From a virus: a stretch of 64,000 nucleotides of DNA. The stretch covers positions 1-64,000 of the IMG/VR virus record IMGVR_UViG_3300023196_003770; one strand, written 5' to 3'. Below the pieces are notes generated by a model. It was not told the origin of the DNA. It saw only the letters and a program-made list of their open reading frames with translations, and searched no databases. The position numbers and the translations under genes are program-made. The stretch's first letter is position 1; each line of letters begins with the position of its first letter. This document shows, piece after piece, positions 7,594 through 17,102 of the stretch.

Positions 7594-7951
7594 TGGAGAT
7601 AGGCAGACTCGAACTGCCGTCCACAAGAGATCCAAATAATTTGTTGTATCACATAGCATAGCTCTTTTATAAATTACCCGCCATAAACTTAACCAAAGAG
7701 CAGATTGTATACGGCATGGTTTCAAAATTTAAGTCTTGGCAGTAGAAACTATCCCTACAAGACCGAGTTTGTTTAATATCAACCTAAAAGATCCTCAAAC
7801 GGCGTATCTTTTAAATTGCTAGCTGCGTTCAGGCTGCGAGAGCGTAAGAGTTATCGTTTGCACTTACTATTGTTTACGGTTTTAAACGGTCATAAACGCC
7901 CGTTGCTATGCAAATTATTCTTCCTTCCCGTGTCGAAACCAATTTATCCCC
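7594..7951 (-). ncRNA. ssrA: tmRNA, tag peptide ANDNSYALAA (7861-7829)
   Basis: 5' GGGGATAAATTGGTTTCGAC; 3' GGACGGCAGTTCGAGTCTGCC-TATCTCC-A; acceptor stem with G3.U; reading frame GCA AAC GAT AAC TCT TAC GCT CTC GCA GCC TGA. Confidence 0.96.
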
Positions 7952-8318
7952 TTTTCTTTTCCACATAAGGAAAGATACTGTAAGTAGTACCATGTTTTCT
8001 GAAAACCCATGTTCCTAAAACAGTGCCATAAACTACAGATTTACTTTTCAATATAGCAGCAAGACCACTTTGATTCATCCAGTATCTTGCTCCTGTTTCT
8101 GTGTTCTCCCAAAGTATTTTACCACCATAATACATGTTTATAAACTTTAAGTTAGCATCAAAACGAATATTCTCTCGCCAATCATATTTTTGTTCCCAAT
8201 TTGGTTTACGCATTTCATAATGAGTAATTTGGTGAGGAACACTTCCAATTGGAAGATTATTGGTTTTATCGGCTTCTTTTATAAAAGGAACCCTGTAATC
8301 TACTTTTTTTCTTGGCAT
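7944..8318 (-). CDS. hypothetical protein
   Basis: 124-aa ORF; last codons overlap the tmRNA 5' end. Confidence 0.7.
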   Translation of the reverse strand: MPRKKVDYRVPFIKEADKTNNLPIGSVPHQITHYEMRKPNWEQKYDWRENIRFDANLKFINMYYGGKILWENTETGARYWMNQSGLAAILKSKSVVYGTVLGTWVFRKHGTTYSIFPYVEKKRG

Positions 8319-8373
8319 AAAACTGCTAATACCATATCTGAGTTATCTACTTGGAATAAATAGCTAGCATATG

Positions 8374-8841
8374 TCATTCTAAAATATGGATTTTTTGCAG
8401 AGATATCCCACGGCGCTTCCACATATATCTACGCCACCGACGCATCAATCTACGTAGCCACCAAAAAGGACGACGCTGATATCCATCTTTCTTTTCATGA
8501 CAAGGAACACAAAGAGGCTGAACGTTATCTGACGTATTCGTACCTCCAGCGTTAATAGGCAAAATATGATCGAGCGTTAACTTATTCCGCCCTTTTACAT
8601 TACAAATGGCACAACGCCAGTTGCAATTCTTTAAAACTGTTAACCATTCACGAGTAGTAATACGTCCGGTATGATATCTCTTATTTCTCCTAGAACGATT
8701 ATTAGAACGTAGTCTTAGCCGTTCAGAATTCCAACATTCCCGGCATATATGTTCTGGAAATTGAGGGGCTGCCTCATGTTTACGTTTATCGCAAAAACAT
8801 AATTGACACGTATGTTCCGTTTTTCTAAACCAATAATACAT
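8374..8841 (-). CDS. HNH endonuclease
   Basis: CAIC...LTLDHILPINAGG...NVQPLCVPCH; N-terminal CxxC pairs. Confidence 0.88.
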   Translation of the reverse strand: MYYWFRKTEHTCQLCFCDKRKHEAAPQFPEHICRECWNSERLRLRSNNRSRRNKRYHTGRITTREWLTVLKNCNWRCAICNVKGRNKLTLDHILPINAGGTNTSDNVQPLCVPCHEKKDGYQRRPFWWLRRLMRRWRRYMWKRRGISLQKIHILE

Positions 8842-9281
8842 CAGTAAACAATATCCGTAGTGTCAGCGTTAGGCTTAATTAGCATCTTACCATATTGTTG
8901 TTCATTAATTGTATAATACGCCTTGCGGATACCATAGCTATACAATGCATTTTCACAGATAGGACAAGGGCGTGCCATTCCAGGGCTACCATCAAGCTTC
9001 TTTCTACGGGCTACAAAAATCTTACAACCTCGCAGATTAACTTTTCCACGTGCCTTAAGAATTGCATCTTGTTCTGCATGAGTAGAAAGGCAGAAATCTC
9101 TACCTCTACCACGGGCAATGTCGGTATAATGCTCTACGAATGCATTTGTGTTGATCTTATTAAATCCAACTGAGATTACAGATCCACCTCGGATAATAAT
9201 AGCCGCCAAATGATAGTCTGCCGCATGATCATAACGATTGTCGGTGGCATATTGCATAGCAAGTCGCAAATATCTGTGCAT
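8841..9281 (-). CDS. zinc-dependent cytidine/dCMP deaminase-family protein
   Basis: HAE and PCxxC (ARPCPIC) motifs; AAIII..G..ISVGFN; GIRKAYY. Confidence 0.88.
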   Translation of the reverse strand: MHRYLRLAMQYATDNRYDHAADYHLAAIIIRGGSVISVGFNKINTNAFVEHYTDIARGRGRDFCLSTHAEQDAILKARGKVNLRGCKIFVARRKKLDGSPGMARPCPICENALYSYGIRKAYYTINEQQYGKMLIKPNADTTDIVY

Positions 9282-9288
9282 AACTGTT

Positions 9289-9317
9289 ATATTAACAGAA
9301 TATTATAATATTTTCAA
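9289..9317 (-). promoter_or_regulatory. sigma70-like promoter, probably leaderless transcript
   Basis: TTGAAA-17 nt-TAATAT with TG extension; ATG 7 nt after the -10 box. Confidence 0.5.
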
Positions 9318-9341
9318 CTAATATCAGAGGGAACGTTTTCT

Positions 9342-11078
9342 CTATTTTAAAACCCATTCCCATTGCTTCCAATAGCTATTTCGAAAATCTTGTGAGCCGC
9401 CGCCGTGTTTTTGAGCGTCATGCTTATTTTTGATGTCTTGTAAATTTGCGTATTCTTTAATTCCATCGGAAGTCATAACCGGAGGAAGATTAATATTGTT
9501 TTGTCCGAATTGATTTCCAGTTGGAGACATAGTTGTATTTGACTTACTCATACCGGCTAGCATTGCCATGGTTAACGCTTTATCATCCCATGCGTTAACA
9601 CCTGCTGCCTCATAGAGTGAGTTACCAATTGCTAAGGCTATAATCAAATCATCATTATAGCTTTTCATAGCCTGGGCTTTATTGTTCTTCCATACGAAGG
9701 TTTTAAATTCTTCTACGGTTCTGGATGAATATATTTTAAGACGCCGAGTTCTTATTACCGTTTCAAGCTTTGCAAGGATTTCATCACGGTTCTTTGGTCC
9801 GGTTGTAAACCCTGGAAGATCATTTACAATGTCTGCCGTAGTATAATTCATGTATGCATTACTACGATGAATACGTTCATAATAAATGTTTGGATATTGA
9901 GCCTTCTTAATATCGGTTGCTACTATAAGACCGAATGAGTTAAGTTCTGGGCATAGAAGGGCTTGGTTATATTTAAATCCCAAATCCATCATCAATTCTG
10001 ATAATCTTTCTGGAGGGCACTTGCCCTGATACTCACAAACCACTTCATCTGTATTTGTATCTATAACATGAAGGGTGGAATAGTCATCAGCATCGCCACG
10101 GGACACGTCTCCGGAGATAATATATTTATGCCCTGCTTCGGCATATTTCCAAATCCATACGTCGCCTCGATCTCCGTATGTAGCTACAGGAACTTTCATT
10201 TGACGTTCCATATCCTCAATAACGTCACCTGACAAGAAGTTTTCACCAGATGCGGCGAAAGAACATAATAGTTCTTGTGCTACGCCACGTTCACCTTTAG
10301 CTGGTAAAATCTCTGCTCTTTGAGCTTCATACCATGCTTGATCTCTTTCTGGATGAACTGTCCAAGGAAGTTCGATACGATAGAAATTATTTTGACCTTT
10401 TCCGGGCAAAGGTTTTCCTTCACCATCTTCACCATCTTTAGCTCCTACCCAGATTTTGTGGAAAAGGGTTCCTACACCTGAAGGAGAAGAGATTAGGATA
10501 GCATTACCACCGGTAGACAAGGTTGGCCAAAGACCTAACCATAAATCATCTATACCATCAACGTGAGCAGCTTCGTCGATGATTAACAAAGACAAAGCTT
10601 CTGAACGACCAGCATCCGTGCCGGTAGGAACAGCTTGAACCTTTGAGCCATTAGAGAACTCAAGGTATCTGACAGAACGTGCTTTAATCTGAGGCATGAC
10701 GAGCCATTTAGGAAGGCTATCATACATTCCGTTAACCTTCTTAATGAAGTTCTTTGCAACTTCAAGACGAGTAGCAATAACGAGAATATTTTTTTCACGT
10801 TGGAATAAAGCCATCCAAAGAGAATAAGCCGCAGAGAGGGTAGATAGACCTAACTGACGGCTTTTGTTTGTGATTACGAAACGATGTGATTGGAAAGCTT
10901 TCAGGCATTTATCCTGATATGGGAAGGTTTCAAAGGGAACTGGACCTTTAATTGGATGGGAGATTTTAACGTATTTAGAAATGAAATAGGATGCATCTGT
11001 GCCACAGCGCATGATTTCTTTCATTTGCGCTGCACGATTTGGAACGGTTCCTAATGTTAAATTCTTTTTAGCGGGCAT
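9342..11078 (-). CDS. terL: terminase large subunit (T4 gp17-like)
   Basis: FPYQ, Walker A KSRQLGLST, Walker B LLIIDEAA, coupling motif SSP.G; RNase H nuclease GDVSRG..DYS and NDDLIIALAI. Confidence 0.93.
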   Translation of the reverse strand: MPAKKNLTLGTVPNRAAQMKEIMRCGTDASYFISKYVKISHPIKGPVPFETFPYQDKCLKAFQSHRFVITNKSRQLGLSTLSAAYSLWMALFQREKNILVIATRLEVAKNFIKKVNGMYDSLPKWLVMPQIKARSVRYLEFSNGSKVQAVPTGTDAGRSEALSLLIIDEAAHVDGIDDLWLGLWPTLSTGGNAILISSPSGVGTLFHKIWVGAKDGEDGEGKPLPGKGQNNFYRIELPWTVHPERDQAWYEAQRAEILPAKGERGVAQELLCSFAASGENFLSGDVIEDMERQMKVPVATYGDRGDVWIWKYAEAGHKYIISGDVSRGDADDYSTLHVIDTNTDEVVCEYQGKCPPERLSELMMDLGFKYNQALLCPELNSFGLIVATDIKKAQYPNIYYERIHRSNAYMNYTTADIVNDLPGFTTGPKNRDEILAKLETVIRTRRLKIYSSRTVEEFKTFVWKNNKAQAMKSYNDDLIIALAIGNSLYEAAGVNAWDDKALTMAMLAGMSKSNTTMSPTGNQFGQNNINLPPVMTSDGIKEYANLQDIKNKHDAQKHGGGSQDFRNSYWKQWEWVLK

Positions 11079-11488
11079 CAGTCAACTTCTACAAGGCAAC
11101 CAAAACGATAGTATGCTTTACGATTACCAGTATAATTGTAATATGATATATATTCTATATCTTCTCCAACTGTTTCTTCTTCCAAGTTAAAGTTAGGAAC
11201 TTTTTGACCTGGGAATTCTTTAGCATAATTTTCTTTTACATTTTTAAGAGCGGCTTCAATCATAGAAATGGCTTCTTGTCTATAACGAACCATTAGCTCT
11301 CGCATCATTGTATCGGAACCAAAGTTAACAATTGTAAGGTAACGGATTTTAATTAAACCATCATCAAGTATATCAAATTTAATTGATTGGGTTTGATATA
11401 CCCTATTGTGATTGCTGCTATCTGCGCCAAAGCTTGTATTTAAGAGCCTTGATAGATTGATGAATTTTTGATAATCTTTAACAAGCAT
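11078..11488 (-). CDS. hypothetical protein
   Basis: 136-aa ORF coupled to the terL start. Confidence 0.75.
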   Translation of the reverse strand: MLVKDYQKFINLSRLLNTSFGADSSNHNRVYQTQSIKFDILDDGLIKIRYLTIVNFGSDTMMRELMVRYRQEAISMIEAALKNVKENYAKEFPGQKVPNFNLEEETVGEDIEYISYYNYTGNRKAYYRFGCLVEVD

Positions 11489-11518
11489 ATTTTGCCTCTT
11501 TTTCTAATTAGAGCCCTT

Positions 11519-11812
11519 TCACCGGAAACTTATTGGAGAACGAGCACTTATTCTTCTTATCTCTATATATTCGTCCCACTCTTCCCAATCCGGATCTGGA
11601 AGCTTTTCAGTTTCCCAATCTATACGCCGGTCATTTGTCCATCTACCATCACAATGAGAACAAACTCCTATCTTACGATAGGAGATGCTATCTTCTATTG
11701 TTTTCATGGGATAACAACAAAGCTTGCAGAACAAAGGAACTATATTGCTTTGGTCTATTGGCTTAACAACTATAATTTTACCGTTATGTAAACTTTCTAT
11801 CTTCTTTTCCAT
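11519..11812 (-). CDS. hypothetical zinc-finger protein
   Basis: CKLC...CSHC; co-oriented in the operon. Confidence 0.7.
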   Translation of the reverse strand: MEKKIESLHNGKIIVVKPIDQSNIVPLFCKLCCYPMKTIEDSISYRKIGVCSHCDGRWTNDRRIDWETEKLPDPDWEEWDEYIEIRRISARSPISFR

Positions 11813-11822
11813 ATAGAAGATA

Positions 11823-12491
11823 TTATGAGAGCAAGTAAGTTAAAAGTCTTGAAACATTACTTTCCTTAAGTTGTTCATTAGGGGTCTGTAAGAATTTTTC
11901 TCCATCTGGAGTTATAGAAACGACGCTTATATGCCAATGCGGGGCGGCACCTTGAGTTTCATCTATCAGTTCATAAGTTGAATAGTTCTTTGTACCTATA
12001 TAATCAACCATTCTTTTTATGTTTTCGCCTGGATTTGTTCTAGTGCCATAGTCTAAAGCATTACCGTTTTGATGTTGTGATAATGGTCTATGTGAAATTA
12101 TATCCATGGAACTCTGAACTATATTACTTGGAACTCCACCAACTACCGGTATTTTATTTTCGTCCCATAACGTAACCAGCTCTCTAGCTATGTCTCCAGC
12201 GGTGTCACTACAGCTTTTACATTTTTCAGCGTAAAGATCAATTACATATTCAGAACCATAATTTTTCCATAAGTTAAGCATTGCTTTAACTTGACGTTCT
12301 GGAGGGCGTAACCCGCTTGTTATAATAGGTTCTGGAAGCTCCAACAATTCTGCAACCTTATCCATTAACATAGCAAACTTTTGCGTATTATTTGCTATGT
12401 TAAGATCACTATCTTTAAATGCAACAGGTGGGTCTTTCCAGGTATCGTAACTACCAAAATTAATCTTTTCTTCTTTAAGATATCTTTTCAT
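11823..12491 (-). CDS. peptidase M15-like zinc peptidoglycan hydrolase
   Basis: ITSGLR...Q, SQH..GNALD and terminal HWH motifs of the M15/LAS family. Confidence 0.75.
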   Translation of the reverse strand: MKRYLKEEKINFGSYDTWKDPPVAFKDSDLNIANNTQKFAMLMDKVAELLELPEPIITSGLRPPERQVKAMLNLWKNYGSEYVIDLYAEKCKSCSDTAGDIARELVTLWDENKIPVVGGVPSNIVQSSMDIISHRPLSQHQNGNALDYGTRTNPGENIKRMVDYIGTKNYSTYELIDETQGAAPHWHISVVSITPDGEKFLQTPNEQLKESNVSRLLTYLLS

Positions 12492-12495
12492 CCTA

Positions 12496-12840
12496 TTAAT
12501 TATGCCTTTTACCTCTAATAACCATGGGGTTTTCTTTAACTATCCAGAACTCTTTAGGCAATGGAGGCTCATCACCTTCTTTAAACCACATAAGGCGTCT
12601 ACCACCTGTACTCTTAAATACTCCGATAATGGTTATCTCGCCTACGTGTATAAGATCATGACACGAATGACATACCACGGCAAGATTATGATTGTCATTT
12701 GTGCAACGTGGATCACATTTCGGAATGATATGATGGAAATTAAGAGCGGCACTTTTATCAAAACCACATATCTCACATTTATCTTTTATTAACTTTTCTT
12801 GATTAGCTTTTCTTCTGTGTTTCATAAATGGAAAACCCAA
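12496..12840 (-). CDS. HNH endonuclease
   Basis: CEICG...LNFHHIIP...NLAVVCHSCHDLIH. Confidence 0.85.
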   Translation of the reverse strand: MGFPFMKHRRKANQEKLIKDKCEICGFDKSAALNFHHIIPKCDPRCTNDNHNLAVVCHSCHDLIHVGEITIIGVFKSTGGRRLMWFKEGDEPPLPKEFWIVKENPMVIRGKRHN

Positions 12841-12887
12841 GAGACATTATATCCCTTGGGTCTTGAATTATAACCTATATATCTTGT

Positions 12888-13214
12888 TCAGCGGTTTGTT
12901 TTAGTCTGTTGCTTCTGAATATTAAGAGCAATACGCTCGCAACCAAGAATGGTGCTTTGAAGAGAACTATCCGTATAAGCCTCGGTCATTAGAGAACCCA
13001 ATTCACGATGCATATCAAGATCAATATGCATACTAAGCTCATTTAGAATACGAGCGGCATGGGTCCAAGTTTCATCATTGTAACCCATGCATAGGGTTTC
13101 CTGATAAACTGCAATAAGCTCCAAAGCACGATCTGATGGACTTATCCTACGAACGTTATTGTTGCGGTTATGGTTGAAGTTTCGGTTTTTCTTGAAGTTG
13201 TTGTTTTTAATCAT
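12888..13214 (-). CDS. hypothetical protein with Asn/Arg-rich N-terminus
   Basis: 108-aa ORF, co-oriented. Confidence 0.65.
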   Translation of the reverse strand: MIKNNNFKKNRNFNHNRNNNVRRISPSDRALELIAVYQETLCMGYNDETWTHAARILNELSMHIDLDMHRELGSLMTEAYTDSSLQSTILGCERIALNIQKQQTKTNR

Positions 13215-13250
13215 TATAAAAAATCTTGTTAGAGGTTAATGTTTATAGGT

Positions 13251-13871
13251 TCAGAATTCAATTCCATCAACGTTAATTGTTTGATACGATAACTCAACTG
13301 CGCCTTCGCTTGGCTCGGTTTTCTCATAAGCTGCACTTCCAAAGTCAATACCTTGAATGCGAGCACCACCAAATACCCATTCAGAACTAATGTTGCCCTT
13401 TTCATCAAGCCACTTAATAGAAACCTTAACTACATTCTTCTTACAGGCTTCAAATAACTGCTTATATGGATATAACTGATTTCCCTTATCCGCTGGCATG
13501 GTATAAAAATATACCATTACCGTGCTCTTCTCTTTAATAGATTGACTATTCTTGTGTTGAGCAAAAATAATCTTCGGCAACTCTACATTCTTAATCCGAA
13601 ATGCTTCTATACCTTCAAATTGAAGAACAAAACGATCTGCAAAAACTGGCGGTCCTTCATCTTCCTTTTCTTCCTCTTCTTCCTCTTCTTCAGATGAAGC
13701 CTTCTTGCTCGTCTTTTTCCTTAGCTTTTCAAGATCCGTTGGAGGTCTTGGTTGAGGTTCTTCTTGAACTTCTTCTTCTTCTTCATCAATTGGAGGAGGT
13801 GGAATGGTTACTGTTCTACCACGACTTCGTGGAGGTCGGATTTGTGTCTTCTTTGTATTAATCGTGCTCAT
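13251..13871 (-). CDS. tail-tube (gp19)-like domain protein with acidic disordered N-terminus
   Basis: RFVLQFEGIEAF.IK.VELP...LDEKGN..SEWVF.GA.I..IDFG...Y...EP....VELSY pattern typical of myovirus tube proteins; poly-E and poly-P N-terminus. Confidence 0.6.
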   Translation of the reverse strand: MSTINTKKTQIRPPRSRGRTVTIPPPPIDEEEEEVQEEPQPRPPTDLEKLRKKTSKKASSEEEEEEEEKEDEGPPVFADRFVLQFEGIEAFRIKNVELPKIIFAQHKNSQSIKEKSTVMVYFYTMPADKGNQLYPYKQLFEACKKNVVKVSIKWLDEKGNISSEWVFGGARIQGIDFGSAAYEKTEPSEGAVELSYQTINVDGIEF

Positions 13872-16800
13872 ACTTCTACTTTCGATTCTAACCCGTCGTT
13901 GTAAATATCTATAATTTTATCTGCTACTTCTTTAATTGGGTCTACGTGTGTTATAACGAGTATTGTGCGGAAATATGATTTGAACATGGTCAACAGATCC
14001 ATACATTTTATCATACTATCTTGATCAAGAGAACCAAATCCTTCATCGATTATGAAGATATCTGGTCGAGATAGACTGGATAGATTGATAAGAGCTACTC
14101 GTAGTGCAAGAGAACATATCATCTTTTCCATTCCAGATGCCAACTCAATAATCCGTCTTGAATGGCTATCTTCTATGTATACATCCATTACATTAGAAGA
14201 TATATCAGTTTCCAAACTAACTGTGAAATCAACTACACTATCCAATATCTTTGCCAATTCCATGTTAATCGCTGGCAATTGGGTTTTTAATACCATTGCA
14301 GGTATACCATTTTTGGAAAATGCTTGTTGAACCGTCTCATATATCTTAAGCTTTTCCAAGTCAGATTTACACTCAATACGATCTTTTGTTAAAAGCTTAA
14401 GTTTCTCATTCTTTCCGCCAAGAGTTATAAACAAATCTCTTTGTTCACGCTCACGGGCTTCAATATGTTCCACTATAACATCAAGCGTTAATTTTCTTTT
14501 CTCGTATTCCTTACGTTCATTAGAAGACAATAGATCGCCAAGCGTCTTTTTCTCTACTTCAAGCTTTTCCAAAGTAGACTTAACAATGGAAATCTCTTTC
14601 TCTCTAACATTCTTATCTGAAATTATTTTATTTAGTTTTGTCTCCAACTCATGTTCAAGACGTGAAGCCTTTTCATCAAGCTTAAGACTTTCTGCAATCT
14701 TCTCTTGAATTAAGAATTGTGCAACTCTATCAAGCTCTGAAATGCTCTCTTGTAGCTCATTAACTTTTTTCTCTTGTGTAGGCTTAAGCTTCTTATCGGC
14801 ATGACTATCCTTTATAAAACGACAGGTTGGAAAACTATCTCCACAAGGAACAGTTTCAAGACGCTTAATAGATTTATTTTGCTGTTCAAGAGTTTCTGTC
14901 TCTTTAACAAAAGACTGTTTAAGAGAAGATAGATCGTTTTTTACACGATCAAGCTTTTCAAGCTCTTCATGCAATACCTTGATGTCATACTTTGAACGGG
15001 TATGCCTTACATTATCCAATTCGTTTTTAATGTTGCGAACAGTATTGTCATGTTCATCTTCAAGGCGCAATAGATAAGTAAGAGTTTTTTCCTTTGCTTC
15101 AATATCGTTTTTAAGTTCATTAAAACGATTTAATGAAACGGTCTGCATTACATTTTGATGTTGCATCATCCAAAGACGTAGTTCGTCACGCTCTTGAAGA
15201 TTGCTTTGCTGCATCAAAGTAATATCAGAAATCTTCTTTTCAATCTCTTCTATCTCCTGATGACCACGCTTAAGCGCCGACGCCCAATCAAATCCAATAT
15301 ACTTCTTGGTCTTTTCCGTTAATACCGAATAATCGTCCTTTGCATATACGTTCAGCTTATCAAACAGTTCAAGGTCAAGGAAACGAGATAGAATAGCCTT
15401 TCTCTGTGTGGCACCCTCTTCAATGAACTTATTAATGCCACCCTGATTTGATAGAGCAGTCATAAGGAAATCCTGGGGCTGACCAACAAGCTTACGGATC
15501 TCTCTATCGGTTTCATCCCTGGAAATAGAATTCTTTTCTATTAGCGTTCCATCTTTCTCAATCTTATATAGATTTAGAGAAGTAACGGTCTTATCATCAT
15601 CCTTCTTTGTAGGCTTCTTTGGAAAATTGCGGACTGTCTCTCTCTTAACAATATAATCTTCTCCACCAACTGAGAACGTTAATTCCGCAGAACAATGCTT
15701 CTTGTTCTTGTTAATAATATGAGCGCCTTTAAGAGAACCACGATCTGTTGTGTTAAACAAAGCATACATGATAGCTGCGATAATAGAACTCTTACCAATC
15801 TTATTAGGTCCAAAAATACCAACAATGCCTTCAAGTTCAGAAAAGCTTACTTGATTGCCTTCTCCATAACGAAATATATTATCAAACTTAAGCTTCTTAA
15901 GACACCATGACACGTCACGAACGGCATTATCAATGTCTTCTTGATTGAGACGATTGAGATAACCACGAATGACCGTAGAAGCCTCTACAAGCTGTTCCTC
16001 ATTTAAGATATAGCTTTCCTTGTGCGCCTCCACAAACTCTCTGTAAAGCCGGATTAGAGCGTCAGGATCGTTACGTAGATTGTTCTTAAGAACTTGTTCG
16101 CCAGTTGTTTCAATAGTTTCCATCCGATTGATAAGGTCATACTTGAATACAACCTCGGAAGCACCCTTATGCTCCTTGAGTTCATTTAGTAGCTGACGAG
16201 CTTCAACCTGTTGAACAGGTTGATTGCTGATAATACGAAACCGACTGCCGGGAATATATGAACGCTCCCTACGATCCTTTTCTATAGATCGTAAAGTTGT
16301 ATTTACGGTGCCAGACCAATTAATCGATACGTATGGAGCACGGTTCTCATGCTCTACAAAATCAACGTCCCATTCCTTCTCATTCTTTATATCCCAAACA
16401 AGAAAACCCTTGGTTTCCGCTTCTCCAAAGTTCTGTTGAATTAATGAACCTGGATATCCAACCCATGGCTTAGCAACACCCTTCTTATCAAGACGATAAG
16501 CAAGAAACTGTTGCTTATGAATATCACCAAGCATTGTGAAATCCATTCCCCTAAAGAATGAAACATCACGCTCACCATGTTCCATCTTCCATTCGGTATC
16601 GGTCTTGCAACCGCTAATAGAACCGTGAAACAAAGCAATGTTTATCTTGCCTTGAATTGGCTTAATAGCTTTCCAACCATCTTCATCAAATGGCGAGAAT
16701 ACATGAAGTGCAAAACGATTGCTACCCTTAACCTCTCTTGGAAGAGAATAAGTTCCAGACTTCTTATAAAGATAAGCATCTGAATGATTAATAGCATCAT

Positions 16801-17098
16801 GAATTGGCGATATGATATCTTGACGATCACTGTTGGTTAGATTACCGTCATGATTTCCAAGAATTGTAATAGATGGAGCAATATCAGCCAGACTACGAAA
16901 CATCCATGAAAGCTTCTCAATAACCTCGGGCGTAATACCTTGGGTCTTTGTATGGAAAGTATCTCCCGTGTTAATGATAAGATCCGGCTTAACTCTTCGC
17001 CTGAGAGTATCAAATAACCTTTCAAAGCTTTCAGTATATTCATCATGACGGGCAATACCACGCCAATGAATATCACTTATTTGAACCACTTTAGTCAT
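13868..17098 (-). CDS. Mre11-Rad50 (SbcD-SbcC, gp47-gp46) fusion
   Basis: Phosphoesterase motifs DIH, GD, GNHD, GDIH; Walker A GPNKIGKSS; long coiled coil; signature LASGMEK; Walker B IIDEGFGSLD. Confidence 0.93.
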   Translation of the reverse strand: MTKVVQISDIHWRGIARHDEYTESFERLFDTLRRRVKPDLIINTGDTFHTKTQGITPEVIEKLSWMFRSLADIAPSITILGNHDGNLTNSDRQDIISPIHDAINHSDAYLYKKSGTYSLPREVKGSNRFALHVFSPFDEDGWKAIKPIQGKINIALFHGSISGCKTDTEWKMEHGERDVSFFRGMDFTMLGDIHKQQFLAYRLDKKGVAKPWVGYPGSLIQQNFGEAETKGFLVWDIKNEKEWDVDFVEHENRAPYVSINWSGTVNTTLRSIEKDRRERSYIPGSRFRIISNQPVQQVEARQLLNELKEHKGASEVVFKYDLINRMETIETTGEQVLKNNLRNDPDALIRLYREFVEAHKESYILNEEQLVEASTVIRGYLNRLNQEDIDNAVRDVSWCLKKLKFDNIFRYGEGNQVSFSELEGIVGIFGPNKIGKSSIIAAIMYALFNTTDRGSLKGAHIINKNKKHCSAELTFSVGGEDYIVKRETVRNFPKKPTKKDDDKTVTSLNLYKIEKDGTLIEKNSISRDETDREIRKLVGQPQDFLMTALSNQGGINKFIEEGATQRKAILSRFLDLELFDKLNVYAKDDYSVLTEKTKKYIGFDWASALKRGHQEIEEIEKKISDITLMQQSNLQERDELRLWMMQHQNVMQTVSLNRFNELKNDIEAKEKTLTYLLRLEDEHDNTVRNIKNELDNVRHTRSKYDIKVLHEELEKLDRVKNDLSSLKQSFVKETETLEQQNKSIKRLETVPCGDSFPTCRFIKDSHADKKLKPTQEKKVNELQESISELDRVAQFLIQEKIAESLKLDEKASRLEHELETKLNKIISDKNVREKEISIVKSTLEKLEVEKKTLGDLLSSNERKEYEKRKLTLDVIVEHIEAREREQRDLFITLGGKNEKLKLLTKDRIECKSDLEKLKIYETVQQAFSKNGIPAMVLKTQLPAINMELAKILDSVVDFTVSLETDISSNVMDVYIEDSHSRRIIELASGMEKMICSLALRVALINLSSLSRPDIFIIDEGFGSLDQDSMIKCMDLLTMFKSYFRTILVITHVDPIKEVADKIIDIYNDGLESKVEV

Positions 17099-17102
17099 TC
17101 TT

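Noticed and set aside
13655-13800. TCTTCT-rich low-complexity DNA as a tandem repeat element
   Set aside because: Explained by poly-Glu codons in the tube-like protein.
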